Shown: positions 45,439-56,067, numbered from the stretch's first letter. The stretch is 64,000 bases of DNA from Deltaproteobacteria bacterium (GCA_040218735.1 JAVJQW010000062.1:256001-320000), one strand, 5' to 3'. A program made the numbers and translations. Notes: generated from the sequence alone by a model not told the origin.

Positions 45439-46098
45439 ATGCGCGTTACATCGTTCGGGCTCGCGGCCCTCCTCCTCCTCGCCGGCTGTCCCGCGAAGGA
45501 GTCCGCGCCGGCGGCCGCACCGACGAAAGAAGCCGCCGCGCCCCCGCCGGCGATCCGCGTCGCGGCCGACCGCGAGGACCTCGTCTTCAGCTACCCGGTC
45601 GAGGGCGGGCGCCGCTTCGAGACCGCGACCTCGGTGGGTGCGATCCCCGAGGACGGTAAGAAAGGCGTCGTCGTGATGGACCTGTCGATGAGCCCGGAGG
45701 AGCGCCAGGCCGGGCGCTACATCTACGTCGCCGACCTCAGCAGCGAAAATCCCGACGGCACCTTCCCCGTCGCGGTAGCGAGCCGCTACGGGTTCGAAGC
45801 CAAGCTCACCGGCACGAGCACGGGCGGCGCAGCGTCCGGGGACGGCGTGGTGGTGTACTCCACCTCGTGGTGCGGCGCCTGCAAGAAGGCGAAGCGCCTG
45901 CTGAAGCAGTGGAAGGTCCCGTTCGAGGACAAGGACGTCGAGGCGTCGGCGTCGGCGCAACGTGAGTTGTCCGCGAAGGCGGCGGCGCAGGGCGTGCGAC
46001 CGAGCGGCGTGCCGGTCATCGACGTCGCGGGGACGCTGTTGATGGGCCTCGACGAAGCGACGCTGAAGCGGACGCTCCAGGCGAAGAAGCTCCTATGA
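45439..46098 (+). CDS. glutaredoxin (NrdH-like) domain lipoprotein
   Basis: Lipobox LAGC. YSTSWCGACKKA and GVPVIDV motifs. Confidence 0.88.
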   Translation: MRVTSFGLAALLLLAGCPAKESAPAAAPTKEAAAPPPAIRVAADREDLVFSYPVEGGRRFETATSVGAIPEDGKKGVVVMDLSMSPEERQAGRYIYVADLSSENPDGTFPVAVASRYGFEAKLTGTSTGGAASGDGVVVYSTSWCGACKKAKRLLKQWKVPFEDKDVEASASAQRELSAKAAAQGVRPSGVPVIDVAGTLLMGLDEATLKRTLQAKKLL

Positions 46099-47229
46099 CG
46101 GGCGCCGCGCGGGGAGCCGCGACGCCGACGGAATGCCACCTTCGTCGAGGTCGGCGAGCTCGTCCTGCACCTTCGTGCGCGTGAGGCTCTCGATCTCCTC
46201 GCTGACCTCCTGCAACAGCAGTCGGCGGTCGCGCAGCGGGAGGAAGGCGCTCTTGAAACCCATCATGATGACCTGACCGAGCTCCTCGAGCGTAAACTGC
46301 ATTCGCTCGTGCGCGAGCCACAGCTCCTTGGTGACGCTGGTGTCGGTCATCAAGCGGTTGTCGGTGTTGATGGTCACGCGGATGCCGTAGTCGAAGTAGA
46401 AACGCATCGGGTGGTCCTCGAGCGAGGACACTGCGCGGGTCTGCACGTTCGAGGACGGACACACCTCGAGCGCGATGCGGTGGTCGTTGACGTAGTTCAG
46501 CAGATCGCCGTCCTCGGCGAGGCGGCAGCCGTGGCCGATGCGGTGCGCGCCGCAGTAGTGAATCGCTTGGTGGATCGACTCAGGGCCGTACGCTTCGCCC
46601 GCGTGCAGCGTGCAGTTGACGTTGTTGTTGAGGATGAGTCGAAACGCCTCGACGTGGTCCTTCGCCGGGTGGTCGACCTCCGCGCCCGCGAGGTCGAAGC
46701 CCACCACACCGCGGTGTTTGAACGCGATCGCGAGCTCCGCCATGCGCAGCGAAGTCAGCGGATCCATGTTGCGGATGCCGCACAGGATGATGCCGCTCTG
46801 GATGCCGTGGATGCGTTCCGCTTCGCGTAGGCCCTGGACGACGGCCTCGACGATGTTCGGGAGCGGCAGCCCCATCTGGGTATGGAGCACCGGCGCGTAG
46901 CGCACCTCCATGTAGCGGACGTTCTCCTTGGCCGCGTCCTCGGCGAGCTCGAACGCGGTGCGGTAGAGCGCTTCCTCGTTCTGCATCACGGACAGCGTGA
47001 TGGCGAAGGCTTCGAGGTAGTCGGCGAGCGACTCGCAGTTCTCCCCGGCGTGAAGCGCCCGACGCAGGCCCTCGACGTCGTGCGCGGGGAGGCGCACGCC
47101 GTCCTGTTCGGCGAGCTCGAGGATGGTTTCGACGCGGAGCGAGCCATCGAGGTGGCAGTGCAGATCGGTCTTCGGGAGGCGCTCGAGCAGCGCGTACGTG
47201 AGCTCGACGGTCTCGGGGCTCGTCGTCAT
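46093..47229 (-). CDS. add: adenosine deaminase
   Basis: PKTDLHCHLDGS, GFDLAGAE, HAGE, HRIGHG, CPSSN and INTDN motifs. Confidence 0.95.
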   Translation of the reverse strand: MTTSPETVELTYALLERLPKTDLHCHLDGSLRVETILELAEQDGVRLPAHDVEGLRRALHAGENCESLADYLEAFAITLSVMQNEEALYRTAFELAEDAAKENVRYMEVRYAPVLHTQMGLPLPNIVEAVVQGLREAERIHGIQSGIILCGIRNMDPLTSLRMAELAIAFKHRGVVGFDLAGAEVDHPAKDHVEAFRLILNNNVNCTLHAGEAYGPESIHQAIHYCGAHRIGHGCRLAEDGDLLNYVNDHRIALEVCPSSNVQTRAVSSLEDHPMRFYFDYGIRVTINTDNRLMTDTSVTKELWLAHERMQFTLEELGQVIMMGFKSAFLPLRDRRLLLQEVSEEIESLTRTKVQDELADLDEGGIPSASRLPARRPS

Positions 47230-47359
47230 CGAGCGCGAGCATAAACAGGGCGCGTACGCGTAACCAACTTCTCGCCGGTGCGTCGGGGCGTGCGCGGCGA
47301 GCGGCGTGGGCGCGCACGCGCCCGTGTGGCACGGAACCTGCGGAAGGCGTGGGTCCATC

Positions 47360-50300
47360 ATGACGACGCTCTCTTCGCCGGGGCCCTGCCCCGAAGACCG
47401 GACTCGTTCGCCCGAGAGGCGCGACCGGTCGTCCCGGCCGACGCCGTCCCTCCCGGACGACGCGCTCGACCTCCTGGACGATCCGATCGACGACGGCCCC
47501 GCGGCGGTGTCGTCGCTGCTGTCCCGCGCGCGGCTGCCGATCACCGCGGAGGGCATCCTGTGGTTCATCGGCGTGGTCCTCGTGCTCGCCGGGTCGCTCT
47601 ACTTCACCGAGAGCAACTGGGACCGTTGGTCCCCCCCGGTGCGAGCCTCGGTCGTGACGATCGGCTTGGTCCTGTACCAGGCGTTGTTCGTCGGCCTCGC
47701 CGCGTTCCTGGCGGCGAGGCGCGCGCCCGCACTCCCCGTCCGGGTGCTCGCGGGGCTCGGCGCCGCGTTGGTCGTGATGATCGGTTGGTCGGCGGCGGCC
47801 CTCGCGGGCCACGTGCTCGTGCTCGCCATCGCCGCGGTCATCGCGGCGGCGGCGCTCGCGACGGTCGCGATGCGCGTCGGCGACGTGCGCGCCGAGGCCC
47901 GCGGCGTCGCACGCTGGATGGGCGCAGCGGCGGGCGCGGTGATGATCGCGATGACGTGCTCGCGGCAGCCGGCGCTCCTCGCAACCTCGGTTGCAGCGGT
48001 GGCGACTTTGCTCTTGGCGCGCGCGACGTGGGCCGCGGCGACGGCATCACGCGGAGTGTTCGGCTTCGCGGCGACGTACGCGGCGTACCTCGGCGTCGCG
48101 ACGACGGTCGGGGCAGCCACGCACCCCGACGTCGTCCCCGCCTGGATCTTCGCCCCCGCGATCGCGGCGGTCGCCGTCGTCGTCGATGGGGCAGCGCTTC
48201 GGCGCGTGGCGGGCGGGGCCGCGACGCGGATCGTGGTGATGGTCGCGTCCGTCACCGCGCTCGGGTTCGCGTTGACTTCGAACATCGCGCCGGTCGCCGG
48301 CCGCGTCGCGGTGCTGGTGACGGCGGCGCTGGCGACCTGGGCGCTCTTCGTTCGCGCGCGTCGCGATGGGCGCCGTCTCCCGATGGCGCTCGCCGTCGTG
48401 TCCGGTCTGTTCGTGTACTTCTTCCTGCCGGCGCCGTTCACCGCGGTGATCGAGCTGGTGCTCTCGAGCGCGAAGTCGGCGCTCGGCTACGACGACCGCC
48501 CCCTGCCCGTCGCGTACTACGGGGTCACGTTCGTGCCGTACCTCGCCGCGTGGTGGATCGCGGAGCGCCGCGGCATCTTCGGCGGCCTCGCCTCGGCGGT
48601 GCGCCTCGTGCTGTTCGGCGTGGCGGCGACGCTCATTACGTTGGCGTTCACGCAGTGGTCGGACCCTCGGCCCGTGCTGTTCACGGTCCCGATCTACATC
48701 CTCGCGTTGGCGATCGACGCGCGCATCGGGCGCACGAACCGCGTCGCCCGCTTCGCCACCGTGCCGCTGCACGCGGCGTGTGTCTTGGTGGTCCTCTACG
48801 CGCTGCGCGGGACACACGCGTGGTTGGGCGCGGACGTCTGGTTCTTCGGACTCGCGGCCGCGGCCGCGGCGTTGGCGCCGTGGGCGCGAGGTGTCTTGGC
48901 GGCGCCGGCCGAGCAGACCGCAACCGCGCGACGCACCATCGTTCGAAGCTACGCGACCGCCGCCGCCTTGGCGGCGCTGGCGGGGCCGTTGGTCATCTTC
49001 GGCGTTGGCCTCCCGATCGATCCGGGGCTCTTGATCGCGACGCTTGCGCTGACGTCGGCCGCGCTCCTCACATTTGCGTCGCCCCGCGTGGAGCTCAACG
49101 CGATCGCGCTGCTCGGCGCGCTCGCGGTGGGCATCGCGTCGCGTCCCGAGTTGGCGGCGCCCATCACGGTGTGCGTAGCGGCGGCGTGGGGGGTGCTCGG
49201 GATCGTCCCGGGCGGCGCAACCTCCCTTGCGGCGCGTAGGCTCGCACCGCTCGGCGCACTCGCTAGCGCCCTCCTCGCGCTGCTCGGCGGCGGCGCGTGG
49301 TGGCCTGCCGCCGTCGCGATCCTCGTCCTCACCGCGAGCGCGATTCGAAGCCCGTGGTGGATCGTCGCGGCCGGCCTCGTGTCCGCGGCGCTGTCGGCGC
49401 GCCTCGCGCCGGAGCTCGGGCTCCCCGGCCCGCTCACCGTGGGCGCGGTCGCCTGCATCCTGTCATGGCTCGCCCACGTCCTCGGCGCGCGCTGTCGCGC
49501 GGCGGCTTCATCATCGGCCGGAGCGGCGGTCACGAACGAACCGCGCCCCGCGGCGCAGAGCGCCTCGCCCGCCAGCGAGCTCGCGTCGAGCGAGGCCGGG
49601 GGAACCGAAGCGTACGCGATGAACCACGGCGCGGACCGAGCCAAGCCCGGCGCGCACGCCGACGAGCGGAGCGAATCCCATCCAGCGTACCGTCGCGCAG
49701 GTCGAGCCGAGCTCGCGTCGAGCGCAGCGCTCAGCTCGAACGCCGACGAGCGAAGCGAAGCGACCGCAGCGCACCCGCGACGCGCGGGCGCAGCCGAGCC
49801 CGGCTCGAACGCCGACGAGCGAAACGAGTCGACTGCAGCCCACCCGCGACGCGCCGGCGAAGCGGAGCCCGGCTCGAACGCCGACGAACGATTCGAATCG
49901 ACCGCAGCCCCCCCGCGGCGCGCAGGCGCAGCCGAGCCCGGCTCGAACGCCGACGAACGATTCGAGTCGACCGCAGCGCACCCGCGGCGCGCCGGAGCAG
50001 CCGAGCCCGGCTCGAAGGTCGAGGAGCGAAACGAGTCGACCGCAGCCCACCCGCGACGCGCCGGCGAAGCGGAGCCCGGCTCGAACGCCGACGAACGATT
50101 CGAATCGACCGCAGCCCCCCCGCGGCGCGCAGGCGCAGCCGAGCCCGGCTCGAAGGTCGAGGAGCGAAACGAAGCGAATCCGGTGCACCGGCGCGCAGGC
50201 CGAGCCGAGCTCGGCGCCGGCGACGCCCCGCCTACTCCCGCGCCACAGGGCGTCGCGAAGATCGTATCCGCGGCCCTCGCGCGGTTCGCGGCGCCCCTCG

Positions 50301-53300
50301 ACGTGGCTGCGCTCGCGTCCGGAACGGTCGCCGCCGTCGCCCTGGTGCGCGTCGACCCGAGCGCAGCGCTTGCGTTGTGGCTCCTCGTCGTCGCGTCGGT
50401 CGTGCTCCGCTGGGTACGGGCGACGCCCCGGCTCGGCACTTTGACGCTCGTCGCTGGCACGGCGGCCACGCTCGGGTGGTTCGAACCACGGCTCCTGTTG
50501 GCGCCCGCCGCGTTCACGATCGCACTGGCGCTCCTACGCTCGGCTTCGTCGCGCCGGATGAGGATCGCGGCGTTGCTGGCCGCCGTGCTCGCAACGATCG
50601 CCACCGCCGACACAATCGAAGCGATCCCCTTCGCGCTGGGACTCCTCGGCGCGGCGACGATCGCGATCCACGCGCTAACGAACGGCGCCCGCCGAATCGG
50701 CGCCGCGCTCGCCGCAACCACCGCGTTCGCCGCCGCCGTCGAGCTCGCCCCTGAAGCGCTCCTCGTCGCGCTCGCCTTCCTCGTCCCGCTCGTCTACACC
50801 CGCTGGCGCCACCGCCCCGCAGGCGCACGCGCGACGCGCGGCCATCACGGCGCTGCGGAGCTCGAGGGCCTCACCTCGGCGACCGAAGTCGGCATCAAGG
50901 ACGACAACCGCGTACGCACGGCGAACGACGACGCATCGCCCGAGGTCGCCATCGCCCAGGCTCCACACGTCTTCGAAGGCGCTCCTCATCAGACCGCCAG
51001 CGGCGAGGCTCCGCACATCATCGAGAACGCACCCCATGGCGTGACCCTCGGCGAGCCCCCGCTCATCTTCGGCGACGCCCCCCCCGAGGCCACCACCGCC
51101 GAGGCTCCACGCTTCGTGGACGACGCACCGCCCAAGGCCAACACCGCCGAGGCTCCACGCGTCGTCGGCGACGCAGCGCCCGACGGCATCCGCGGCGAAC
51201 ACTCCATTCACCGCGCCCTCGGCGACGCGGCGACGTCGCACGATTCCAGCGCACGGCACGGCGTCGGCACGCCATCGCCCGACGACGAAGTTCACGGCGC
51301 CGCCTCCCACTCGCATGCCACCCCGCAGGCCGAAGCGGCACCCGAGGCGTTCCTCGCGTTCGACTTCGAGGCGCTGGTCGACGTCGCCAACACTCGCGCC
51401 CGCCGAGCGACCTCGCCGTGGTGCCTCCTCCTCCTGGTGGCCCCGCTCCTCGCGCTGATCGGGACCGCCTCCGTCACGGCGGGGACGCCGTTCGCCTCGG
51501 CGCTCCCGTCCGCGTTTGCGCTCGTGCTCGGGATGACGATCGTCGGCCGCCCGTGGCGGTCGCTCGCACCGCTCCTCGCGGCGTGGGGTGGATTCGTCCT
51601 CGCCCTCCTCGCGGAGCGCGCGCTCGACCTCCCGCTCGCGATCGGCACCAGCGTCGTCGCCTTCGTCGGTACCATGGCCTGCCGACTCCACGCGTCACGC
51701 CGCCAACCACCGCCCCTGCTCCCGCGTCTCGCGACGGCCCTCGCCATCGTGGCGGCGATCCTCACCGTCTCCATCGATGCGCCCTTCGTGATCCTCCGCA
51801 GCCCGTACACGTTCGCCGGCTGGTTCGCCTGGCTCGCGGCGCTCGGCACGCTCCTGTACGCCGTCACCGGTCTCCGCTGGGTACACGCGCTCGTCTTGAT
51901 CACCGCGACCCTCGGAGGCCTCGCCCCCCTCTTCGATCTCATCGAAGGCATCACGAACCTCCCGAACGGGACGAGCTACCTGTGGGCGCACGTCCTCGCC
52001 ACGGGGCTCCTCGCGACCCTCCCCTCGCTCCACCAGACCGACCGCGGCGCGGGTTTCTTCAAACGCCCGTTCACCCCCGGCGTCCCGGCGTTCGTCGTCG
52101 TGTTGATGCTCGCCGTCGGCGCGATCGTCGCGGTCGCGCTCCAGGTGAGCGGCGGCCACGTGGTGTCGCTCCCGATCCTCGGCCTCACGCTCGCCGCTGT
52201 CTTCGTCGCTCACACCCACCGCGCACGTTTCACCGGCCACGCCGCCGTGCTGACCGTCCTCTCGCTCGGCCTCCACGTCGGCGCGGATCTGTACGCGCTC
52301 CCGGGCGCCGCCGTCGGTACCGCGGCCGCCGCGCTCGGCATCCTCGCGTGGGGCCGAGGTCGCCCCTCCGCGAACGTCGTCGCGTTCACGGCGATCGGCG
52401 TCGCGGTCTGCATGACCCGACTCGCGACGCACGGCTTCTCCACCAGCCTCGTCCTCGCGATCCTCACCGCGGGCCTCGCGCTGCTCTACACCCGCACTCC
52501 GCGCCGCGAAGTGTTGATGCTCGGCGCGCTCGCGGCCGCCGGCTCTACGACGTGGGGTTGGTTCGGCGTCGGGCGGATCCTCTCCACGGGGCAGGGGCCG
52601 GTTCACATCGTCCCGTTCGTCGCGTCCGGCTTCCTCGCGGTCGCCGCCCTCCTCTACGTGCTGAGGCTCGTCTACGCGCCGCCGCTCCCGCGCGGCGACG
52701 AAGAGCGCCACTTCGATCGACCGCTCGCGGGCGCACGCCGCATCCTCGTCGCCGCCGCGGTGCTGGCCACCGCGGGCCACGTCGCCATCGTCACCGAACC
52801 GCGCACGCTCGCGCTCCTGTTGAACCTCGCCGTGGTGTCCGTCGGCCTCGCGACGTTCGCCCGCGCAGCGCAGCGCCGAGGCCGAGGGGTCGACGCCCTC
52901 CTGGTCCAGGCGACGCTCTTCGTCGCGTGGTGTCTGCTACGACGCCAATTCGCGTTCCTCGCAGGCGTGGCTCACGCCGACGCCTACGCGATGCTCGCCG
53001 CGGCCTTCGCGTACACCGGCGTGCACGCGCTCGTGCAGCGCGGCGCGCTCGCGCCGGCCTACGCCCGCTCCGCCCGCCTGTTCTCGATGTTGCTGCCGGT
53101 GGGCGCAGCGCTCTTCTTCGAGCCCGACGTCTCCTGGCGCACGTGCGCGATGATGACCGGCGCCTCCCTCGCCTACGCGTTCGCCGCGCGGATCGGTGTC
53201 GCCCGCATCGCTGCGCCGCTCGCGACGATCCTCCTCAACGCCGCAACCGTCGTCGCCTGGGTGAAGGCCGGCGTTCAGGATCCGCAGCTGTACGCGCTCC

Positions 53301-53722
53301 CGATCGGCGCGAGTTGCCTCTTCCTCGCGCACCTGTACCGCGAAGAGCTCTCCGACAGCGCCGTCGCGACGATCCGCGTCATCGCGCTGTTCGGCGTCTA
53401 TCTGTCGAGCTTCGTCTCGGTCCTCACCTTCGACGCCCCCTCGCACAGCCTCGTCATGGCCGTCCTCGCGGTGCTCGGAGCCCTCGCGGGGGTCACACTG
53501 CGCGTCCGGAGCTACCTGCTCCTCGGCGCCGGGTTCCTCGTCGTAGATCTTGGAACCTCGGTCGTGCGTTTTGGTCTGTCAGGACAGACCGCGGCGACCC
53601 TGGTGCTCACGTGCCTGGGTCTTTCGCTGCTCGGCGGGTTGGTCGTCTGGTCTTTGAACCGGCGCCGGATCGTCGACTGGTGCACCGCGTTCGGAATCGA
53701 GGTGCGGCAGTGGGAGGTGTAA
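47360..53722 (+). CDS. giant polytopic membrane protein (~2120 aa, DUF2157-like N-terminus)
   Basis: Single uninterrupted ORF with dozens of hydrophobic segments. WFIGVVLVLAGSLYF..NWD N-terminus and QLYALPIG/LRVRSYLLLG C-terminus. Confidence 0.8.
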   Translation: MTTLSSPGPCPEDRTRSPERRDRSSRPTPSLPDDALDLLDDPIDDGPAAVSSLLSRARLPITAEGILWFIGVVLVLAGSLYFTESNWDRWSPPVRASVVTIGLVLYQALFVGLAAFLAARRAPALPVRVLAGLGAALVVMIGWSAAALAGHVLVLAIAAVIAAAALATVAMRVGDVRAEARGVARWMGAAAGAVMIAMTCSRQPALLATSVAAVATLLLARATWAAATASRGVFGFAATYAAYLGVATTVGAATHPDVVPAWIFAPAIAAVAVVVDGAALRRVAGGAATRIVVMVASVTALGFALTSNIAPVAGRVAVLVTAALATWALFVRARRDGRRLPMALAVVSGLFVYFFLPAPFTAVIELVLSSAKSALGYDDRPLPVAYYGVTFVPYLAAWWIAERRGIFGGLASAVRLVLFGVAATLITLAFTQWSDPRPVLFTVPIYILALAIDARIGRTNRVARFATVPLHAACVLVVLYALRGTHAWLGADVWFFGLAAAAAALAPWARGVLAAPAEQTATARRTIVRSYATAAALAALAGPLVIFGVGLPIDPGLLIATLALTSAALLTFASPRVELNAIALLGALAVGIASRPELAAPITVCVAAAWGVLGIVPGGATSLAARRLAPLGALASALLALLGGGAWWPAAVAILVLTASAIRSPWWIVAAGLVSAALSARLAPELGLPGPLTVGAVACILSWLAHVLGARCRAAASSSAGAAVTNEPRPAAQSASPASELASSEAGGTEAYAMNHGADRAKPGAHADERSESHPAYRRAGRAELASSAALSSNADERSEATAAHPRRAGAAEPGSNADERNESTAAHPRRAGEAEPGSNADERFESTAAPPRRAGAAEPGSNADERFESTAAHPRRAGAAEPGSKVEERNESTAAHPRRAGEAEPGSNADERFESTAAPPRRAGAAEPGSKVEERNEANPVHRRAGRAELGAGDAPPTPAPQGVAKIVSAALARFAAPLDVAALASGTVAAVALVRVDPSAALALWLLVVASVVLRWVRATPRLGTLTLVAGTAATLGWFEPRLLLAPAAFTIALALLRSASSRRMRIAALLAAVLATIATADTIEAIPFALGLLGAATIAIHALTNGARRIGAALAATTAFAAAVELAPEALLVALAFLVPLVYTRWRHRPAGARATRGHHGAAELEGLTSATEVGIKDDNRVRTANDDASPEVAIAQAPHVFEGAPHQTASGEAPHIIENAPHGVTLGEPPLIFGDAPPEATTAEAPRFVDDAPPKANTAEAPRVVGDAAPDGIRGEHSIHRALGDAATSHDSSARHGVGTPSPDDEVHGAASHSHATPQAEAAPEAFLAFDFEALVDVANTRARRATSPWCLLLLVAPLLALIGTASVTAGTPFASALPSAFALVLGMTIVGRPWRSLAPLLAAWGGFVLALLAERALDLPLAIGTSVVAFVGTMACRLHASRRQPPPLLPRLATALAIVAAILTVSIDAPFVILRSPYTFAGWFAWLAALGTLLYAVTGLRWVHALVLITATLGGLAPLFDLIEGITNLPNGTSYLWAHVLATGLLATLPSLHQTDRGAGFFKRPFTPGVPAFVVVLMLAVGAIVAVALQVSGGHVVSLPILGLTLAAVFVAHTHRARFTGHAAVLTVLSLGLHVGADLYALPGAAVGTAAAALGILAWGRGRPSANVVAFTAIGVAVCMTRLATHGFSTSLVLAILTAGLALLYTRTPRREVLMLGALAAAGSTTWGWFGVGRILSTGQGPVHIVPFVASGFLAVAALLYVLRLVYAPPLPRGDEERHFDRPLAGARRILVAAAVLATAGHVAIVTEPRTLALLLNLAVVSVGLATFARAAQRRGRGVDALLVQATLFVAWCLLRRQFAFLAGVAHADAYAMLAAAFAYTGVHALVQRGALAPAYARSARLFSMLLPVGAALFFEPDVSWRTCAMMTGASLAYAFAARIGVARIAAPLATILLNAATVVAWVKAGVQDPQLYALPIGASCLFLAHLYREELSDSAVATIRVIALFGVYLSSFVSVLTFDAPSHSLVMAVLAVLGALAGVTLRVRSYLLLGAGFLVVDLGTSVVRFGLSGQTAATLVLTCLGLSLLGGLVVWSLNRRRIVDWCTAFGIEVRQWEV
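49734..50216 (+). repeat. 69-bp (23-aa) in-frame tandem repeat, 7 copies
   Basis: GCTCGAA starts at 49734, 49803, 49872, 49941, 50010, 50079 and 50148. Encodes SNADERxESTAAHPRRAGAAEPG. Confidence 0.95.
50954..51190 (+). repeat. 48-bp (16-aa) degenerate in-frame tandem repeat, 5 copies
   Basis: AGGCTCC/AGCCCCC at 50958, 51006, 51054, 51102 and 51150. Encodes EAPxxxxDAPPxxxxA. Confidence 0.85.
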
Positions 53723-53838
53723 AGCACGTGGTCAGTCGCGCAACCATCGACCGTGGTCGACGGCACCACGCCTCCGGTTTCTCCAATCATTTTCAACACA
53801 AAGTCAGGAGCACACCCCTTGCGTAAGCCAACCGCACG

Positions 53839-54336
53839 ATGTCGACCCACACCGAGACCCGATCGATCTACAGCCACGTGAAGACCCAAGAGCGCACCAC
53901 GACCCGCAAGGCGCGCCAGGCGCGCCGGCACCGCGCCCGTCAGCGCATCACCGCCGACGCCGAGGCCCCCGGGCTCCGCGTCGAACGCATCCGCCCGATC
54001 CGCGAGATGCTGCGCGTGTACGCCGACGCCGATCACGTCCGCGCGTGCCCCCTCACCGGCTACCTGTCGGTGCTCGAAGCCGAAGTGACGATGCTCGAGC
54101 GCTGGGCCAACGGCCGCACGCAGGACGAGCAGCGCGCGGGCCCGACGATCCGCCGCGCGCTGGAGCTCCTCCGCGCCTTCAGCCGAATCTCGGTGCTCGA
54201 CTTCTCCGACGTCCCCGACGAGGACCGCCCGAAGCTCGTCGCGCTGCTCGCCCTCGAGCATCGCTGGTGCTACGCGGCGGCCGGGACGTCCCGAGAGCAC
54301 TTCAAGGTCGCGACGGGGCGCACCGGAGCGCGCTGA
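53839..54336 (+). CDS. hypothetical protein with Arg-rich N-terminus
   Basis: 165-aa ORF with high GC3, preceded by its own AT-richer intergenic region. Confidence 0.6.
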   Translation: MSTHTETRSIYSHVKTQERTTTRKARQARRHRARQRITADAEAPGLRVERIRPIREMLRVYADADHVRACPLTGYLSVLEAEVTMLERWANGRTQDEQRAGPTIRRALELLRAFSRISVLDFSDVPDEDRPKLVALLALEHRWCYAAAGTSREHFKVATGRTGAR

Positions 54337-54355
54337 CGCCGCGCGCTTCGGAGAC

Positions 54356-55111
54356 CTAACCGATCTCGACCATCACACACGTGATGTTGTCCTTGCCGCC
54401 CCGCGAGTTGGCGAGGTCGATGAAGGACTGGCAGCTCTGCTCGAGCGTCGCGTTCACGACGATCGGCGCGATCTCCGGCGTCTCGAGGTAGCCGTGCAGC
54501 CCGTCCGAGCACAGCAGGTACCTATCACCCGGTTGGATCGGCACGACGAAGGTGTCGACCTGCACGTAGTCGCGCGGACCGACGGCTCGCGTGATGACGT
54601 TCCCGCGCGGTGAGCTCTTGGCCTGCTCGGCGGTAATGAGCCCCGCCTTCATCTGGAGCTGAACCAGCGTGTGGTCCTCGGTCACCTGCCAGGTCCGCTG
54701 TCCGCGCACGAGGTACGCGCGTGAGTCACCGACGGAGCCGATGACGGCGATGTTGTGGACGACCGCCATGACGGTGATCGTGGTGCCCATCCCCTTGTTG
54801 TTCGGGTCTTGCTCGGCGATCCCGAAGACCATGTAGGTCGCAGCCTGGATTGCGCTCTCGATGAGGCGGCGAAGGGAGGCGACCGTCTCCTCCGACGGGC
54901 CGTCGACGTAAGCCTGGAGGGTCTCGGAGCCACGCCGCACCATCCCGTGCACGGCTTCGACGGCCTCCCAGGAAGCCACCTCGCCGGCGGCGTGTCCGCC
55001 CATACCGTCCGCCACGACGTACAGGCCGATCTCGTCCGTCGCGAGGTAGGCGTCCTCGTTGTGGTCGCGCTTCATCCCCACATGGGTCAGCGCCGAAGAG
55101 GTACACCGCAT
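54356..55111 (-). CDS. PP2C-type Ser/Thr protein phosphatase (Stp1/IreP family)
   Basis: RDHNED, VADGMGGH, GMGTT, VGDSRAY, LLCSDGL and GGKDNIT motifs. Confidence 0.95.
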   Translation of the reverse strand: MRCTSSALTHVGMKRDHNEDAYLATDEIGLYVVADGMGGHAAGEVASWEAVEAVHGMVRRGSETLQAYVDGPSEETVASLRRLIESAIQAATYMVFGIAEQDPNNKGMGTTITVMAVVHNIAVIGSVGDSRAYLVRGQRTWQVTEDHTLVQLQMKAGLITAEQAKSSPRGNVITRAVGPRDYVQVDTFVVPIQPGDRYLLCSDGLHGYLETPEIAPIVVNATLEQSCQSFIDLANSRGGKDNITCVMVEIG

Positions 55112-55284
55112 GGGCGGCCGCGAGCATAGTGCCCGACCCTTGAGGGCTCAAGCCCAACGGTGCCCGTTCGTCGCTCCCCAAGAGGTCGTTGCGATCCCAC
55201 GAAGAGAACCGATTCGAGGCCCGCGCCGCGTACGCGCGTGTCGCCCTTTGAAAACGGCCCCGAAGGCGGCATTCTCGCGCCGAT

Positions 55285-56067
55285 TTGGCTCATCGCTTGG
55301 TCCCAACGCTCTTGGCCGCCGCCGTGTTCGGCGGCGTGTTCCTCTCGCCGCTCGCGGGCCGAGCCGATCCGCAGGACGGTGCGGACGCAAACGAGAGCGC
55401 CAGCGAGGAGGCGCCCCCGCCGGCCAAGACCGATCCCCTCGCCGGCGCCGACGCGCCCGCGCCGGATCCGGGCGCCTCGACCACGACGTTGGTTCGGGGC
55501 CTCTCCTGGGACATGCGCGGCGGCCAGGTCCCCAAGTCCGGCGCGCTGGCCGAGGTTCAGCTCGGCTTCCCGGGCCTGCTGACCGCGGCGTACCACTACG
55601 CGCTGCAGCCGGGGTTCTCGGTCGGCGGCCTCGTCTCGCTCGACTACGCCTACTACGTGCCGTCGGCGGCCTGGACCACGAGCCTGATCCTCGCCGCGCC
55701 GGTCCGCTACGCCCTGCTGACGTCGGACACGATGAACGCAGCGATCCGCGCCGATCCGGGGATTCGGCTGGTGCTGGACGAGCCCTTCACGTTCGGGATC
55801 CTCGCGAACGTCGAGGGCGTGATCGGTTGGACGATCTACAACCGCTTCGTCGTCGGCCTCGGCGTCGACGTCCCGCTCGCCCTCATGATCCCCACCCGCG
55901 GCACCGTGAATCTGTCGGTCCCCGTGCTCTTCGGGCCCGTGGCCGAGATGCACCTCTCCCCGCCCCTCGCGGTCACCCTCGATGCGAAGATCGGCCCGTC
56001 GTTCAACACGTCCGGCGGGACGCAGCTCGGACTGCAGCTCCTGGTCGGCGCCGCCTACCGGCTGTAG
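55285..56067 (+). CDS. predicted outer-membrane beta-barrel protein
   Basis: Signal peptide, amphipathic strands and C-terminal GAAYRL beta-signal-like end. Confidence 0.7.
   Translation: MAHRLVPTLLAAAVFGGVFLSPLAGRADPQDGADANESASEEAPPPAKTDPLAGADAPAPDPGASTTTLVRGLSWDMRGGQVPKSGALAEVQLGFPGLLTAAYHYALQPGFSVGGLVSLDYAYYVPSAAWTTSLILAAPVRYALLTSDTMNAAIRADPGIRLVLDEPFTFGILANVEGVIGWTIYNRFVVGLGVDVPLALMIPTRGTVNLSVPVLFGPVAEMHLSPPLAVTLDAKIGPSFNTSGGTQLGLQLLVGAAYRL

Noticed and set aside
49734-50216. Regularly spaced repeats as a possible CRISPR array
   Set aside because: The whole 69-bp unit is conserved with no unique spacers, it lies in frame within a CDS, and there are no cas genes.
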